Shown here: positions 12,050 to 22,057 of the stretch, one piece after another
How positions within the stretch are numbered: position 1 is the first letter of the stretch
Layout: the number at the start of each line of letters is the position of its first letter
Assembly (NCBI GenBank): GCA_963675295.2
Contig: CAXXKJ010000002.1
Coordinates: 3,648,001 to 3,712,000, forward strand
Reading direction: 5' to 3'
DNA: 64,000 bases
Source of the DNA: a bacterium
GTDB lineage: Bacteria > Electryoneota > Electryoneia > Electryoneales > Electryoneaceae
Position numbers and translations under genes: made by a program
The notes under the pieces: model-generated
Told to the model about the DNA's origin: nothing
The model's database searches: none
The model's input: only the letters and a program-made list of their open reading frames with translations

Positions 12050-12805
12050 TCAGAAATCAGCGGTGCGCTCGAGAGCAGCTTTGGTGAAATCGTCCTCGGA
12101 GTAAGGCACGTCGAACTCGATTCCGGTAATCTCGAACCGGGTCCATTTGTCCTCGGTGATGTGACTGCGGATCATGGTGCTGGTGGCGAACCAGCGGTCG
12201 CCGAACTGTTGGATCTTCTCGACGCTCATCTCCTTGATCGGATATTGGGACGCGTCAAAGTTGAGCACCCGTGTCGCGACGTTCCGCGACTTATCGATGG
12301 TAATCTCGCGGAACGGGTAGGAGACGGTCATGTCTTTCGCCTCCATCCGGATCTCAACGGTGCTGTCGGTTTCGGCGGTGATGGACGCGTTGTACTTGTC
12401 TGCCCAGGACGAGGATTGTGTCATGTCCTCATACGACATGTCGCTGCCCTGCACACCCTCGCGCAGCATGTGGCCCTGCACCAGCATCGTGCGATCCACG
12501 CGCGGGAAATAAATCCACAGTTGATCATCGCGGCGAAGGTAGCGGGTGCCGGCGTCCCGCGGTGGCTCGAGGTATTCCATCAGCGCGTACTGATCGCCGA
12601 CGACATGCCCGCGCATCTTGAACACACGTTCCTGCCCGGCCGGGAGGTGCACGGTCATCACGGCGGTGTATTTCGCCGATTCCATCACCTGGTTACGGTC
12701 GAGCGCGTTCAGCCAGTCGAAGGCGGATTTCTTGGCTGCAGCCGTCCCGGGGAGGACTACGCTGAGTAGTATCACAAGAAGAATCGAGTTTCGTAGCAGC
12801 TTCAT
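12050..12805 (-). CDS. outer-membrane lipoprotein-sorting (LolA-like) protein
   Basis: EPPRDAGTRYL, LWIYFP, GSDMSYED; adjacent to the ABC permeases. Confidence 0.85.
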   Translation of the reverse strand: MKLLRNSILLVILLSVVLPGTAAAKKSAFDWLNALDRNQVMESAKYTAVMTVHLPAGQERVFKMRGHVVGDQYALMEYLEPPRDAGTRYLRRDDQLWIYFPRVDRTMLVQGHMLREGVQGSDMSYEDMTQSSSWADKYNASITAETDSTVEIRMEAKDMTVSYPFREITIDKSRNVATRVLNFDASQYPIKEMSVEKIQQFGDRWFATSTMIRSHITEDKWTRFEITGIEFDVPYSEDDFTKAALERTADF

Positions 12806-12808
12806 GTC

Positions 12809-14044
12809 CTATACACTCCGCAATGCATTTGCGGGTTCTAAGCGGGCTGCGACCCGTGCCGGATACCACGCCGCGACCACCGCTATCACCAGTCCGAGCA
12901 AACTCGCCTTCATTGCCGTGGCGAGGCTTGGATCGGGATAGAAGACGGTGTTCATCGGCAGATCCATCGTCTTGACGATCTCGCTGAAATCGAGGCCGAC
13001 GTGACTCAGCCAGATCGAAATCGCCATCCCGATGATCAAGCCGAGCACCGTTCCGACAAATCCAACAAGTGCCGATTCGGTCATCACCAGCCGGATCACG
13101 GTCCGCCGGTCGAACCCCATCGCGCGCAGCGCACCGATTTCACGGGTCCGCTCCATCACCGACATCAGCACGGTATTGACCACGGTAACCAGCGCGATGA
13201 TGCCGAGCAGACTCATCAGCACAGCGGTAAACACCCGCGCGGGGGCCATCATCTCGTACATCGACCCCTGTTGCTGCCACGGAACCGCTTGGACATGCTC
13301 GAACCCGGCGTCGTCGATGGCCTGCTGAATCTGCGCCGCAACCGGGATCGCGTTTTCCATGCCGCCGTCGATCATCAACGTGATGTTGAGCGCGCGATCC
13401 TCCATCGCCAACTGATACTGCGCGGGTGCGAGGGGGACGTAAAATGCGCGCCGGTCAAGCTGCGAAATGCCGCTCTTAAACGTTCCGGTCAGGGTATACA
13501 CTCCCGGCCCGAGGCCACCGTATGAGGTCGACGCGACGAAGAACAGTTCATCGCCGATGGAAAGCCCGAGTTTATCCGCAAGTTCGTACCCGATCAGGAT
13601 CTCGTCGGCGCTGTCGGCGGGGACACGTCCCTCGCTGACCCAGTCGTCCAGCTCGATCAGACCGTGCTCGCGGGACGGTGTCAGCGCGGTACCGTACGCG
13701 GGGATTGCGCCGTCCGGTCCGTCGAGGAGCACGCCGAAGCGGATGCGCGGGCTGGCCTGTTTCACCGCCGGGATGGTTTCGAGCACGTACAGCAAGCTGT
13801 CAACGCCGGTCAGTCCCTGGTCGAGTGGCAGCAAACGGACCCGATCCACCGCCGCTTCCGGCATGATCTTGACGTGCCCGGCCTCGATGCGGACGTACGA
13901 TTCGAAGAAACCGTCCACCGCGCCTTCGACATACGCATCCGTAAATGTCGCGGCAGCCACCGCCAATGCAATGGCGAGAGTGGTCAGCAGGCTGCGCCCG
14001 GGACGGCGGCGGGTGTTGCGGAATGCGAGATGCGTGATGCTCAC
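12809..14044 (-). CDS. LolE/FtsX-like ABC transporter permease
   Basis: AFRNTRRRPGRSLLT, ERTREIGALRAMG; GTG start overlaps the upstream TGA. Confidence 0.9.
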   Translation of the reverse strand: MSITHLAFRNTRRRPGRSLLTTLAIALAVAAATFTDAYVEGAVDGFFESYVRIEAGHVKIMPEAAVDRVRLLPLDQGLTGVDSLLYVLETIPAVKQASPRIRFGVLLDGPDGAIPAYGTALTPSREHGLIELDDWVSEGRVPADSADEILIGYELADKLGLSIGDELFFVASTSYGGLGPGVYTLTGTFKSGISQLDRRAFYVPLAPAQYQLAMEDRALNITLMIDGGMENAIPVAAQIQQAIDDAGFEHVQAVPWQQQGSMYEMMAPARVFTAVLMSLLGIIALVTVVNTVLMSVMERTREIGALRAMGFDRRTVIRLVMTESALVGFVGTVLGLIIGMAISIWLSHVGLDFSEIVKTMDLPMNTVFYPDPSLATAMKASLLGLVIAVVAAWYPARVAARLEPANALRSV

Positions 14045-15276
14045 AGTCGCCCCTCCCGCAGGGCACGGACGACTTCGCCCCGCTGCGCCCGGTAGGCCGC
14101 GGTCCAACTCGCCAGCGCAGTCAGGATCAGACCGAATGACAGAGTGATGATCGGATTGGACGCGTGCAGACTGGGATAGAACGCGGTGTTGATCGGGATG
14201 CCGGATTGCACATCCTCATACGCTTCAAGGCTGATCCCGACGTTGTGCAGCCACATCACGATCGCGCTGCCGAAGATCAGCGCCAGGATTCCCGCCAACA
14301 ACCCGATGCTGAGGCCCTCGAACAGAAACAGACGGCCAATCATCGACCGTTCGAAGCCCAGCGCGCGCAACGCACCGATCTCCTGCGTGCGTTCGTGCAC
14401 CGCCATGATCATCGTGTTCGACACCGCAACCGCCGCGATCAGTGCCAGGATGGCGACGACGACGCTCATCGAGATCCGGCGGAATTGCATCACGTAGAGG
14501 AATCCAGACGCCGCCTCCTCCCACGTCTGCCATTCAAGGTCGGTGCCATGGGCGATGATCTGCTGACGTAGCGTGCCGGCGTCCTTGCGGTTGCTACCGA
14601 GAATGGCGAGTTCGTTGCCGGAATCGTTGACCAACGCGAGCTGTTGTGCGTCGGCGAGGCTGACGTACGCGCTCTGCCCGTCCACGGCCGGGTGGCCCGT
14701 GTTGAGAATGCCGATGATTGGCAGCCGCAGCGAGTTCAATGCGCCCGGCGCACTGCGGGCGAACAGCGTCGGCCGGTCGCCAACCTTGAGCTGCATGTCC
14801 TTCGCCAGCTTGCGCCCGATCAGCACACCATGCTGGTGGTCGAGTGATTCGCCGCTCTGCAGTTGGTCGAGGGTGGCGTACACGGTGCGGTCGCGATCCG
14901 GATCGACGCCGACGATTTCGATGAACGCTTCCTCGGTGCCGACGATCAGTTGGCCGGGAATGTGCAGCCGGACGGTGGTCTGGACGTCGAACTCATCTGC
15001 CAGCGCGTCGCGTAACGAATCAGCGCTGCTGAACAGCTTGTCGAGGGTGCGGAACGTGTCGTCGTTGAGGTACCCCTGCGGGAAGCCGCGCAGGTGCGCG
15101 GTTTCGTACTTGACGTAGCTATCCAGCGCCTGGTCGGTAAGACCGTCCAGCATGGCGTAGGCGACGATCATCACGATCAGGCCCATGGTGAGGCCGGAGA
15201 CGGTCAGCGCGGTGCGGCGTTTCTGCCGCCGCAAATTGCGCAACGCAAGTCGGATGGCGATCAGCGTGTTACGCAT
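14041..15276 (-). CDS. LolC/FtsX-like ABC transporter permease
   Basis: ALRNLRRQKRRTALT, ERTQEIGALRALG. Confidence 0.9.
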   Translation of the reverse strand: MRNTLIAIRLALRNLRRQKRRTALTVSGLTMGLIVMIVAYAMLDGLTDQALDSYVKYETAHLRGFPQGYLNDDTFRTLDKLFSSADSLRDALADEFDVQTTVRLHIPGQLIVGTEEAFIEIVGVDPDRDRTVYATLDQLQSGESLDHQHGVLIGRKLAKDMQLKVGDRPTLFARSAPGALNSLRLPIIGILNTGHPAVDGQSAYVSLADAQQLALVNDSGNELAILGSNRKDAGTLRQQIIAHGTDLEWQTWEEAASGFLYVMQFRRISMSVVVAILALIAAVAVSNTMIMAVHERTQEIGALRALGFERSMIGRLFLFEGLSIGLLAGILALIFGSAIVMWLHNVGISLEAYEDVQSGIPINTAFYPSLHASNPIITLSFGLILTALASWTAAYRAQRGEVVRALREGRL

Positions 15277-15595
15277 CCACGCGTCGCATTATCGGATAGA
15301 TATTCATCGTGATGACTAGAGGTGTGTTGTCCCGTTTGTCCGATCCTGTCACTCTGTAAAGATCGTAAATCAACAGGGCAGAATAAACCCGGTTGCCGGC
15401 TGAACTACTTCTGGAGATGCATGAAAAACTGGAATGCACCAGTTGGCGAATCGCGGGTGTCTGTTTATGACGGCATACTTGTCCGAGCTTGGTTCAATGT
15501 TGATTAATTGTGAATCCACGCTTCCCGAATGCGTGGTTTGATTGTACCTTTCAGCTACCAATCAGTTGCCGGCACGCGAACGGGGGACTTGCATC

Positions 15596-17263
15596 ATGCG
15601 CCGTAATCTGCTCTGCCTCTCCATTGTATCCCTTTTGTTGACACCATCCCTGCTACCTGCCGACCCGGTGTATTGCTGGAGCACTGAATTTGACCTGACA
15701 CCCGGCTTCATCCGTGATGGTTTCCTCGCCTGGACTGAAACATCAGGTGGTCAGGTTGTGATTGGCGCTGCTTCCGGCGTTCGGGTAGCTCTGTTCAACA
15801 TGCAAGGCGACACTTTGCCCGGTTGGCCAACCACGGAGACCGAGGACTGGTGGGTCACTGCAGGTCCACGATTAGGCGATGTGACCGGCGACGGCGAGCT
15901 CAACGTCGTGGTCATGATGCGCAGCTACTATGCGAATCACGCTCAGCTCCGCGTTTATAATTTCGACGGGACATTACGTGACGAGTTCACGCGTTCATGG
16001 TATGAGGCTCCTCTCCCGACGGCTGGCCATGTGGTACTTGCAGATCTCAACAATGACGGGGTCGACAATGTCGTTTACGCCATGGACAGCGTCTATGCGG
16101 TCGACACGGCGGGACAACAATTACCTGGTTTTCCTCTCCCGATTGCCGGAGCGCGCGGCGGGTTCATGCGCCTCGCCGTCATTCCTGACGATCTCGAACC
16201 CGGCAAAGCGATTGTCACAACCAGCCTGGATTCGATCAATGTGATTGACCTCTCCACGGGACAGAACCTACCCGGCTGGCCGCAACCATTCGAAGATTCG
16301 GGTGGCTTGCAGTCCGCGCCGCTGGTGCTGCCCTATGAGGATGCCTGGGCAATTGCGATGCACACGCCGATGGACGGCCTGCACTTGTGGAACAGCGCGG
16401 GAGACCTGGTCCCACCGTTTCCACGAACCGTCGGCAGTCAACAGGTGTTGGTAGGTGGTTTGTCAGCCACCGACGTCGACGTTGATGGAATCCCCGAAAT
16501 CGTTGCCCAATGGTCAACACTTGATTTGTATGTGGTTCGGCTTACGGGGCAGGATGTGATCGGCTATCCGTGGGAATGGGAAAACCCTTACCATGGCAGC
16601 GGCGTGGATGTTTCCTCGCTTCATGTCGAAGACGAGGCAGCGGTCCGCTTCTTCTTCCCCATCAGTCGTGAGATTGGGGATTATGAGTTTGAGACGGGTG
16701 TGATGTCGTTGGAAGGAAACAACCCGAGTAGCGGTTTTCCAGTGTATTACGACCGGATTGAGCCGTTGCGGACTTTCAATACCACGGCTTTGGTTTGGAC
16801 GGATCGGTCTGATACACTTAGTATTCTGCACATGATGTCGTATGGGCATCTCAGCCGATTTGACCTTGTGTTGCCGGAGGCAGCCGTGAAAGCCCTCTGG
16901 CCGATGCCCTGCGGCAACTCGAAGGGTAACCGGATCTACACGCCACAGCAGTATGTAGATGTGCCAGAGAATACAGCTTCCTCAGTGCAACCGCCACCAA
17001 CGCCCGCGATTCATCAGATCTATCCCAATCCAGCCAACGCTGCAGTGCGGATTGAATTGGAACCGTTCCGGCAGGCTACGGTGACTTTACGCATTTGCAA
17101 TCTGCTGGGTCAGGAAGTTTGGAGTCGGACGGTGCAGAAAAGCGACTTGCTGCTAACCTGGCCGGGGATAGATCTGTCGGGCGCGCCGGTTGCGTCGGGC
17201 CGGTATTTCGCCGTGCTGGCAGGGCAACCCAATAAACCGGTACCATTCACGATACTGCGATAA
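15596..17263 (+). CDS. secreted FG-GAP-repeat protein with T9SS/FlgD-like C-terminal domain
   Basis: Signal peptide, DVTGDG/DLNNDG/DVDVDG repeats with LPGWP, C-terminal IYPNPAN...NLLGQEV...ASGRYF. Confidence 0.85.
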   Translation: MRRNLLCLSIVSLLLTPSLLPADPVYCWSTEFDLTPGFIRDGFLAWTETSGGQVVIGAASGVRVALFNMQGDTLPGWPTTETEDWWVTAGPRLGDVTGDGELNVVVMMRSYYANHAQLRVYNFDGTLRDEFTRSWYEAPLPTAGHVVLADLNNDGVDNVVYAMDSVYAVDTAGQQLPGFPLPIAGARGGFMRLAVIPDDLEPGKAIVTTSLDSINVIDLSTGQNLPGWPQPFEDSGGLQSAPLVLPYEDAWAIAMHTPMDGLHLWNSAGDLVPPFPRTVGSQQVLVGGLSATDVDVDGIPEIVAQWSTLDLYVVRLTGQDVIGYPWEWENPYHGSGVDVSSLHVEDEAAVRFFFPISREIGDYEFETGVMSLEGNNPSSGFPVYYDRIEPLRTFNTTALVWTDRSDTLSILHMMSYGHLSRFDLVLPEAAVKALWPMPCGNSKGNRIYTPQQYVDVPENTASSVQPPPTPAIHQIYPNPANAAVRIELEPFRQATVTLRICNLLGQEVWSRTVQKSDLLLTWPGIDLSGAPVASGRYFAVLAGQPNKPVPFTILR

Positions 17264-17290
17264 CTGGCTTAGGCTTTATCAGACCTGCTG

Positions 17291-17965
17291 CTAGACCTGC
17301 ACTTTTCCATCCACCATTTCGACGACGGTATCGACCCGTTCGAGCAACCGTGGGTCGTGGGATGCGAAGACGAACGACACGCCGAGTTCATTGCGCATCT
17401 CGTTCATCAGGTCGACAATCGCCATCCCGGTGGACCCGTCGAGATTGGCGGTGGGCTCATCCGCGAGCACGATCGGCGGATCTTTCACAAGGGCGCGCGC
17501 GACGGCAATCCGTTGCTGCTGCCCGCCGGAAAGCTGGGTCGGATTCCGATCTTCCATGCCTTTGAGACCAACGCGGCGAAGCATCTCGTACGCACGTTTT
17601 CTTCGTTGCTGAGCGTCAATGTGCGGCAGAATCTCGAGTGGCAACGCGACATTTTCGGCAGCGGTCAACACCGGCACGAGGTTGAACTGCTGGAAGATGA
17701 AGCCGATGCGTTCCCGGCGCAGACGGGTGCGTTCCTTGTCGGACAGGTCGTTCAAGCGTTGCCCGGCGACGGTCACCTCGCCCTGGTCCGGCACATCGAG
17801 TGCGCCGATCATGTTGAGCAGCGTTGTCTTACCTGACCCGGACGGTCCGGCGAGCGCGAGGAACGATGCCGGCGCGATGTCGAGGGTGACATCCCGCAGC
17901 GCCTTCACCCGGCCCTGGTTGTAGGATTTGCTGACATCGTGGACCTGTACCACGGGGCTCTTCAC
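17291..17965 (-). CDS. LolD-like ABC transporter ATP-binding protein
   Basis: [26 protein letters not shown]. Confidence 0.95.
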   Translation of the reverse strand: MKSPVVQVHDVSKSYNQGRVKALRDVTLDIAPASFLALAGPSGSGKTTLLNMIGALDVPDQGEVTVAGQRLNDLSDKERTRLRRERIGFIFQQFNLVPVLTAAENVALPLEILPHIDAQQRRKRAYEMLRRVGLKGMEDRNPTQLSGGQQQRIAVARALVKDPPIVLADEPTANLDGSTGMAIVDLMNEMRNELGVSFVFASHDPRLLERVDTVVEMVDGKVQV

Positions 17966-18735
17966 GCGTCTTCGTCCTCCTCGTCCCGGTACTTCATCTC
18001 ATCGAGGCGTTTCTTGATCAACCCTTCGATGTCGAGCATCTGCACGCTGCCGTCCACATAGCTGATCGTGTTCTCACGGATCTGTTCCTTAAGATCCTCG
18101 ATCGCGCGGACGGTCGCGCTGATCACCCGGCACTGACGGCGGGTGACGTCCTTCAGTTTCGCGACCATTTCCGGGTTGTCCACCGGCGTAATCTGCGCGC
18201 CCATTTCGATGCTCGCGACGGCGTTGTTGATGTAATGCGAGATGGTGATCAGCAGGGTTTCGTAGGTACGACGCCGTTCCTGTTCTCCAAGTTTCTCACG
18301 CGCCTCTTGTTCCAACCGTTGCAGCTTGAGCGTGTTGCGGACGCGCGCCACCAGCTCGTTCGGGTTGTACGGCTTGGTGATATAATCGACAGCACCCAGC
18401 TCGAGACCCGCCATCTTCGATTCGATGTCGCTGCTGGCAGTGACGAAAATGACCGGCAGTTCCTCGAATTCCGGCTCCTTGCGCAACTGCTCGAACATGG
18501 TGAAGCCGTCGATGTCCGGCATGCGGATGTCAAGCAGCAACAGGTCCGGCTTGTTCTCGACGACTTTCGCAATGCCCTCGCGTCCGCCACGCGCGGTGAT
18601 GGTGCGATAGCCGGTGCGTTGCAGCGACCGTTCGGCGAGTTCCAGGGCCAACGGTTCGTCATCCACGGCGAGAATGAGTGCGTCTTCCGGAGCGTCCAGG
18701 TTCGGGTTCTGGGTGCGCGGTTGTCCTGTCGTCAT
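17962..18735 (-). CDS. response regulator with C-terminal HisKA-like helical domain
   Basis: AVDDE, LLDIRMP, DYITKP receiver; then SHYINN helix; no HATPase. Confidence 0.85.
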   Translation of the reverse strand: MTTGQPRTQNPNLDAPEDALILAVDDEPLALELAERSLQRTGYRTITARGGREGIAKVVENKPDLLLLDIRMPDIDGFTMFEQLRKEPEFEELPVIFVTASSDIESKMAGLELGAVDYITKPYNPNELVARVRNTLKLQRLEQEAREKLGEQERRRTYETLLITISHYINNAVASIEMGAQITPVDNPEMVAKLKDVTRRQCRVISATVRAIEDLKEQIRENTISYVDGSVQMLDIEGLIKKRLDEMKYRDEEDEDA

Positions 18736-18978
18736 GCGGCCTCAAGAGGTGTGGTGGTCCACAGTTGTCTGAACAGTTATTACCAGGAGGAAGGTAGGCG
18801 AAACGGCCGGAGAAGACAAGGATAGCGCCCTTGCTTCGGTGCTGGGTTGGTACGTTAAAACAGGGTCAACCGCACCGCCGTCCCGTCTTCTTCCGACCCA
18901 ACTTGACTGATAACCTTGCATTCGGCACACACCTGACGCTACACTCCATGCAGGGACACCGTCCAGGGGGACATCGCT

Positions 18979-20199
18979 ATGAAGCGGATCGCCAGCCTCA
19001 CGCTCTTCGGCCTGCTTGCATTTGCCTTCGCCGCATTCGCCACACCCCCTGTAGCCACTCCTTCGTTCGGTCAGACATGGGAAGACACCGAAGGCGAAGT
19101 GGTCCTCAACTACCACGACGACGACGGTGACCTTGCCACGGAATGCAATGTGTTCCTCGTGGACGGCGGAACGGTGCTCGAAACGTCGGTTGTGGAGGGT
19201 GTCTGCACGGTCACGATCATGCCTGACCTGAACAACGATGTGAACGTGACCGGTCTATTCAATGTGGTCGCGGGTGGCGAGGTGTCCAATGATGCCACGT
19301 TCACACTTGACCTTATCGATGTGAACGATCCGCCGGTGATTATTTCTGAACCGCCATTGACTGGCCAGTTTGGAGAGTTCTGGATTTATCAGTTGATCGT
19401 TGATGATCCGGAAGATGACTACCTCCATTATGAGTTGAGGAGCGATGTTTATTGGGGACCTGATATGGGTGATATTGATCAGGAGGGTCTTATTGAATGG
19501 GGTGCCACAGTTCGTGGTCCTATTGAAGTGACGGTTACAGTCACAGATGATGGCTGGACAAATGACATACCTGAACCGCAATTCACTCAGCAGGTGTTTA
19601 CGATTATTATTCAACCCTGTATCACGTACTATGAGTTTGACAACTCTGACCCGCAGTTCGGGGTCTTGAGTGGCTGGTGGGGTACAATTGACCTGCCTCT
19701 GGCTATTAATGGTTCAGTTCGATTTCACCCACCTGCTTATCACCTGCGCGCTGGCTGGCGTGTCGACCAGGTGGTTGAACCTGGCATTTATGATATCTAT
19801 ACCTGGCGCTTCCCCACCGGTCATGATCAGATTCTGGCAGAGATATTTTGTTATGGGTATTATTATGCACTTGGTTATGTTGCATTCTGTGGTCATCCTC
19901 AGGATATGACGCACGGTCAATGGATGTGCATTGGCAGACTGCCAATTGATCCCACCATTCCGCAGGGCGTAGTCTTGATGAGCATGATTGGCGGTTATGT
20001 CTACATCGATGCTGTAAGATATATCAAGGTGAATGAGTGGCCGACGACAGATGATTCAATTCTCGACGAGATCGGTTTTGATGGCATCCCCGGCGGCGTC
20101 GTTGAATCTGATTCGCTGGCGATACCCAATGAGCTACTTCTTATCAATCCCACTGCTGCCGACAAAAAGTTTGTCAAGCCAGTGAAGTCGAACGATTAG
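18979..20199 (+). CDS. secreted protein with cadherin/Ig-like repeats and a C-terminal beta-sandwich domain
   Basis: Signal peptide, DVNDPPVI, VDDPEDD, VTVTDDG, VYIDAVRY. Confidence 0.7.
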   Translation: MKRIASLTLFGLLAFAFAAFATPPVATPSFGQTWEDTEGEVVLNYHDDDGDLATECNVFLVDGGTVLETSVVEGVCTVTIMPDLNNDVNVTGLFNVVAGGEVSNDATFTLDLIDVNDPPVIISEPPLTGQFGEFWIYQLIVDDPEDDYLHYELRSDVYWGPDMGDIDQEGLIEWGATVRGPIEVTVTVTDDGWTNDIPEPQFTQQVFTIIIQPCITYYEFDNSDPQFGVLSGWWGTIDLPLAINGSVRFHPPAYHLRAGWRVDQVVEPGIYDIYTWRFPTGHDQILAEIFCYGYYYALGYVAFCGHPQDMTHGQWMCIGRLPIDPTIPQGVVLMSMIGGYVYIDAVRYIKVNEWPTTDDSILDEIGFDGIPGGVVESDSLAIPNELLLINPTAADKKFVKPVKSND

Positions 20200-20211
20200 G
20201 GTCGGAATCCA

Positions 20212-21456
20212 CTACGCCGCAAACAACGAATACACGCGTTGCAGGGAATCGGCGAGGGCGTCGATGTCGTCGGTGGTGTTGTAGAGGTAGGCGCTGGCGC
20301 GGACGGTGGACGAGCAACCGAACGCTTCGACCAGCGGTTGCGCGCAGTGGTGGCCGGTGCGGACGGCGATCCCGTCGGCGTCGAGCATCTGCGCGATGTC
20401 GTCCGGGTAGACGCCGTGCACGTTGAACGAAAACACGGCGGTGCGGTTGCCGGCGTCCGGCGGACCGTACAGGGTGAGGAAGGGTAGCGCGCCCAGTTTT
20501 GTCAGGGCGTATTCGGACAGCTCACGTTCATGCGCGGCAATGGCATCCATGCCGACGGCGTCGAGATAGTCGAGCGCCTTGTGGAAGGCGATGACGCCGG
20601 CGATGTGCGGCGTGCCCGCCTCGAACTTGTGCGGCAGGCCGGCGTAGGAGACGTCGAACCAACTGACGTGCTGAATCATCTCGCCGCCGGTCATCCACGG
20701 TTCCATCGAATCCAGCAGATCGTACTTGCCGTACAGCACCCCGACCCCGGTCGGTCCGCACATCTTGTGCGCGGAAAAAGCGTAGAAGTCAGCGTCGAGA
20801 TCCTGCATATCAACGGGCAGGTGTGGCGCGGCCTGGGCGCCGTCGACAACGACTTTCGCTCCGATTGCATGCGCACGCTGGGCGATCTCACGGATCGGGT
20901 TCACGGTTCCCAGCACATTCGACGCATGCCCCACCGCAACCAGCTTCGTGTTCGGCGTCAGGGACTTCTCAAGTGACTTGAAGTCAAGCCGGTACTCGGA
21001 GTCATAGTCGATGTATGCGAGCTCGATACCGTGCGATTTCGCTAAACGAATCCATGGAACCAGGTTCGCGTGATGTTCCATCCGTGTCACGACAATCCGG
21101 TCGCCCTTGCCGACATTCTGCTCCGCCCAGCAACGGGCGACAATGTTCAACGCCTCAGTGGTGCCACGAGTAAAAACGATCTCCTCCCGGCGGTTCGCGT
21201 TGATCCAGCTTGCGACACGATTACGGGTGCGTTCGAATGCAGCGGTGGTTTCGTTGGCGAGGGTATGCGCGGACCGGTGGACATTGGCGTGCAGAGTCTG
21301 CCCGACTTCACGTTCCCGGTCGATCACCTGCCGGGGCCGTTGCGCCGACGCCGCGCTGTCGAGATAGACGAGCGGATTCCCGTGCACCTGCCGCTGCAGG
21401 ATCGGGAAATCCTCACGCAGGACGCGCGGATCGAATGTCAGGGTTTCAGTCTGCAT
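20212..21456 (-). CDS. sufS: SufS cysteine desulfurase
   Basis: VYLDSAAS, FSAHKMCGPTG, FEAGTP, RTGHHCAQPL. Confidence 0.95.
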   Translation of the reverse strand: MQTETLTFDPRVLREDFPILQRQVHGNPLVYLDSAASAQRPRQVIDREREVGQTLHANVHRSAHTLANETTAAFERTRNRVASWINANRREEIVFTRGTTEALNIVARCWAEQNVGKGDRIVVTRMEHHANLVPWIRLAKSHGIELAYIDYDSEYRLDFKSLEKSLTPNTKLVAVGHASNVLGTVNPIREIAQRAHAIGAKVVVDGAQAAPHLPVDMQDLDADFYAFSAHKMCGPTGVGVLYGKYDLLDSMEPWMTGGEMIQHVSWFDVSYAGLPHKFEAGTPHIAGVIAFHKALDYLDAVGMDAIAAHERELSEYALTKLGALPFLTLYGPPDAGNRTAVFSFNVHGVYPDDIAQMLDADGIAVRTGHHCAQPLVEAFGCSSTVRASAYLYNTTDDIDALADSLQRVYSLFAA

Positions 21457-21471
21457 CACACACTCTCTCTC

Positions 21472-21734
21472 AACCACGGAATACACGGAATAAACGGAAA
21501 ACAGAGAAAGACTTTTGAACCGCGAAAGAAGCGAAAGGGACGAAAAACACTTTTTTGGCTAAAGGATTAACTGCAAAACCAATCATGGTAGTAGACTAGG
21601 TTTATAATCATATACAATCATTATATTCTTCTTTTTTAGCATTTATTTCGCTCTTTTCGCTGCTTTCGCGGTTCCAAATAAGTGTCTTTTGCAGTTTCCA
21701 ATCAGTTTCCGTGTTTTCCGTGTATTCCGTGGTT
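21472..21734. repeat. nested inverted repeats with 9-nt internal periodicity around an AT-rich core
   Basis: Outer pair 21472-21500/21706-21734 (29 bp, 2 mismatches); inner pair 21517-21545/21646-21674 (about 4 mismatches). Confidence 0.85.
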
Positions 21735-21745
21735 CAACAAGTAGT

Positions 21746-22057
21746 TCACACCGCGACGAAGATGCGGCCGTTCTCGACCTTGGTTTCGAACGTGCTCAGG
21801 CCGAAGACAGCGGGCATGCGGGTCACCGACCCATCGCGCAGGTCGAACCGGGCGCCGTGACGGTGGCAGATGATCTCGTGATCGTCCACCTCTTCCCCGT
21901 CCAAGTCGCCGCCGTCATGCGTACAGTACGGGCTGACCGCACGGATTTCGCCTTCGTCGTTGGCCAGCAGTACACGCTTGCTGCCGGCTTCCACAATCAT
22001 CGTCTTGTTTTCCGGCAGGTCGTCAACTGCCATCACATCCACGAATTCAGCCGCCAT
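21746..22057 (-). CDS. Rieske-type [2Fe-2S] ferredoxin
   Basis: CTHD...CHRHGARFD. Confidence 0.9.
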   Translation of the reverse strand: MAAEFVDVMAVDDLPENKTMIVEAGSKRVLLANDEGEIRAVSPYCTHDGGDLDGEEVDDHEIICHRHGARFDLRDGSVTRMPAVFGLSTFETKVENGRIFVAV

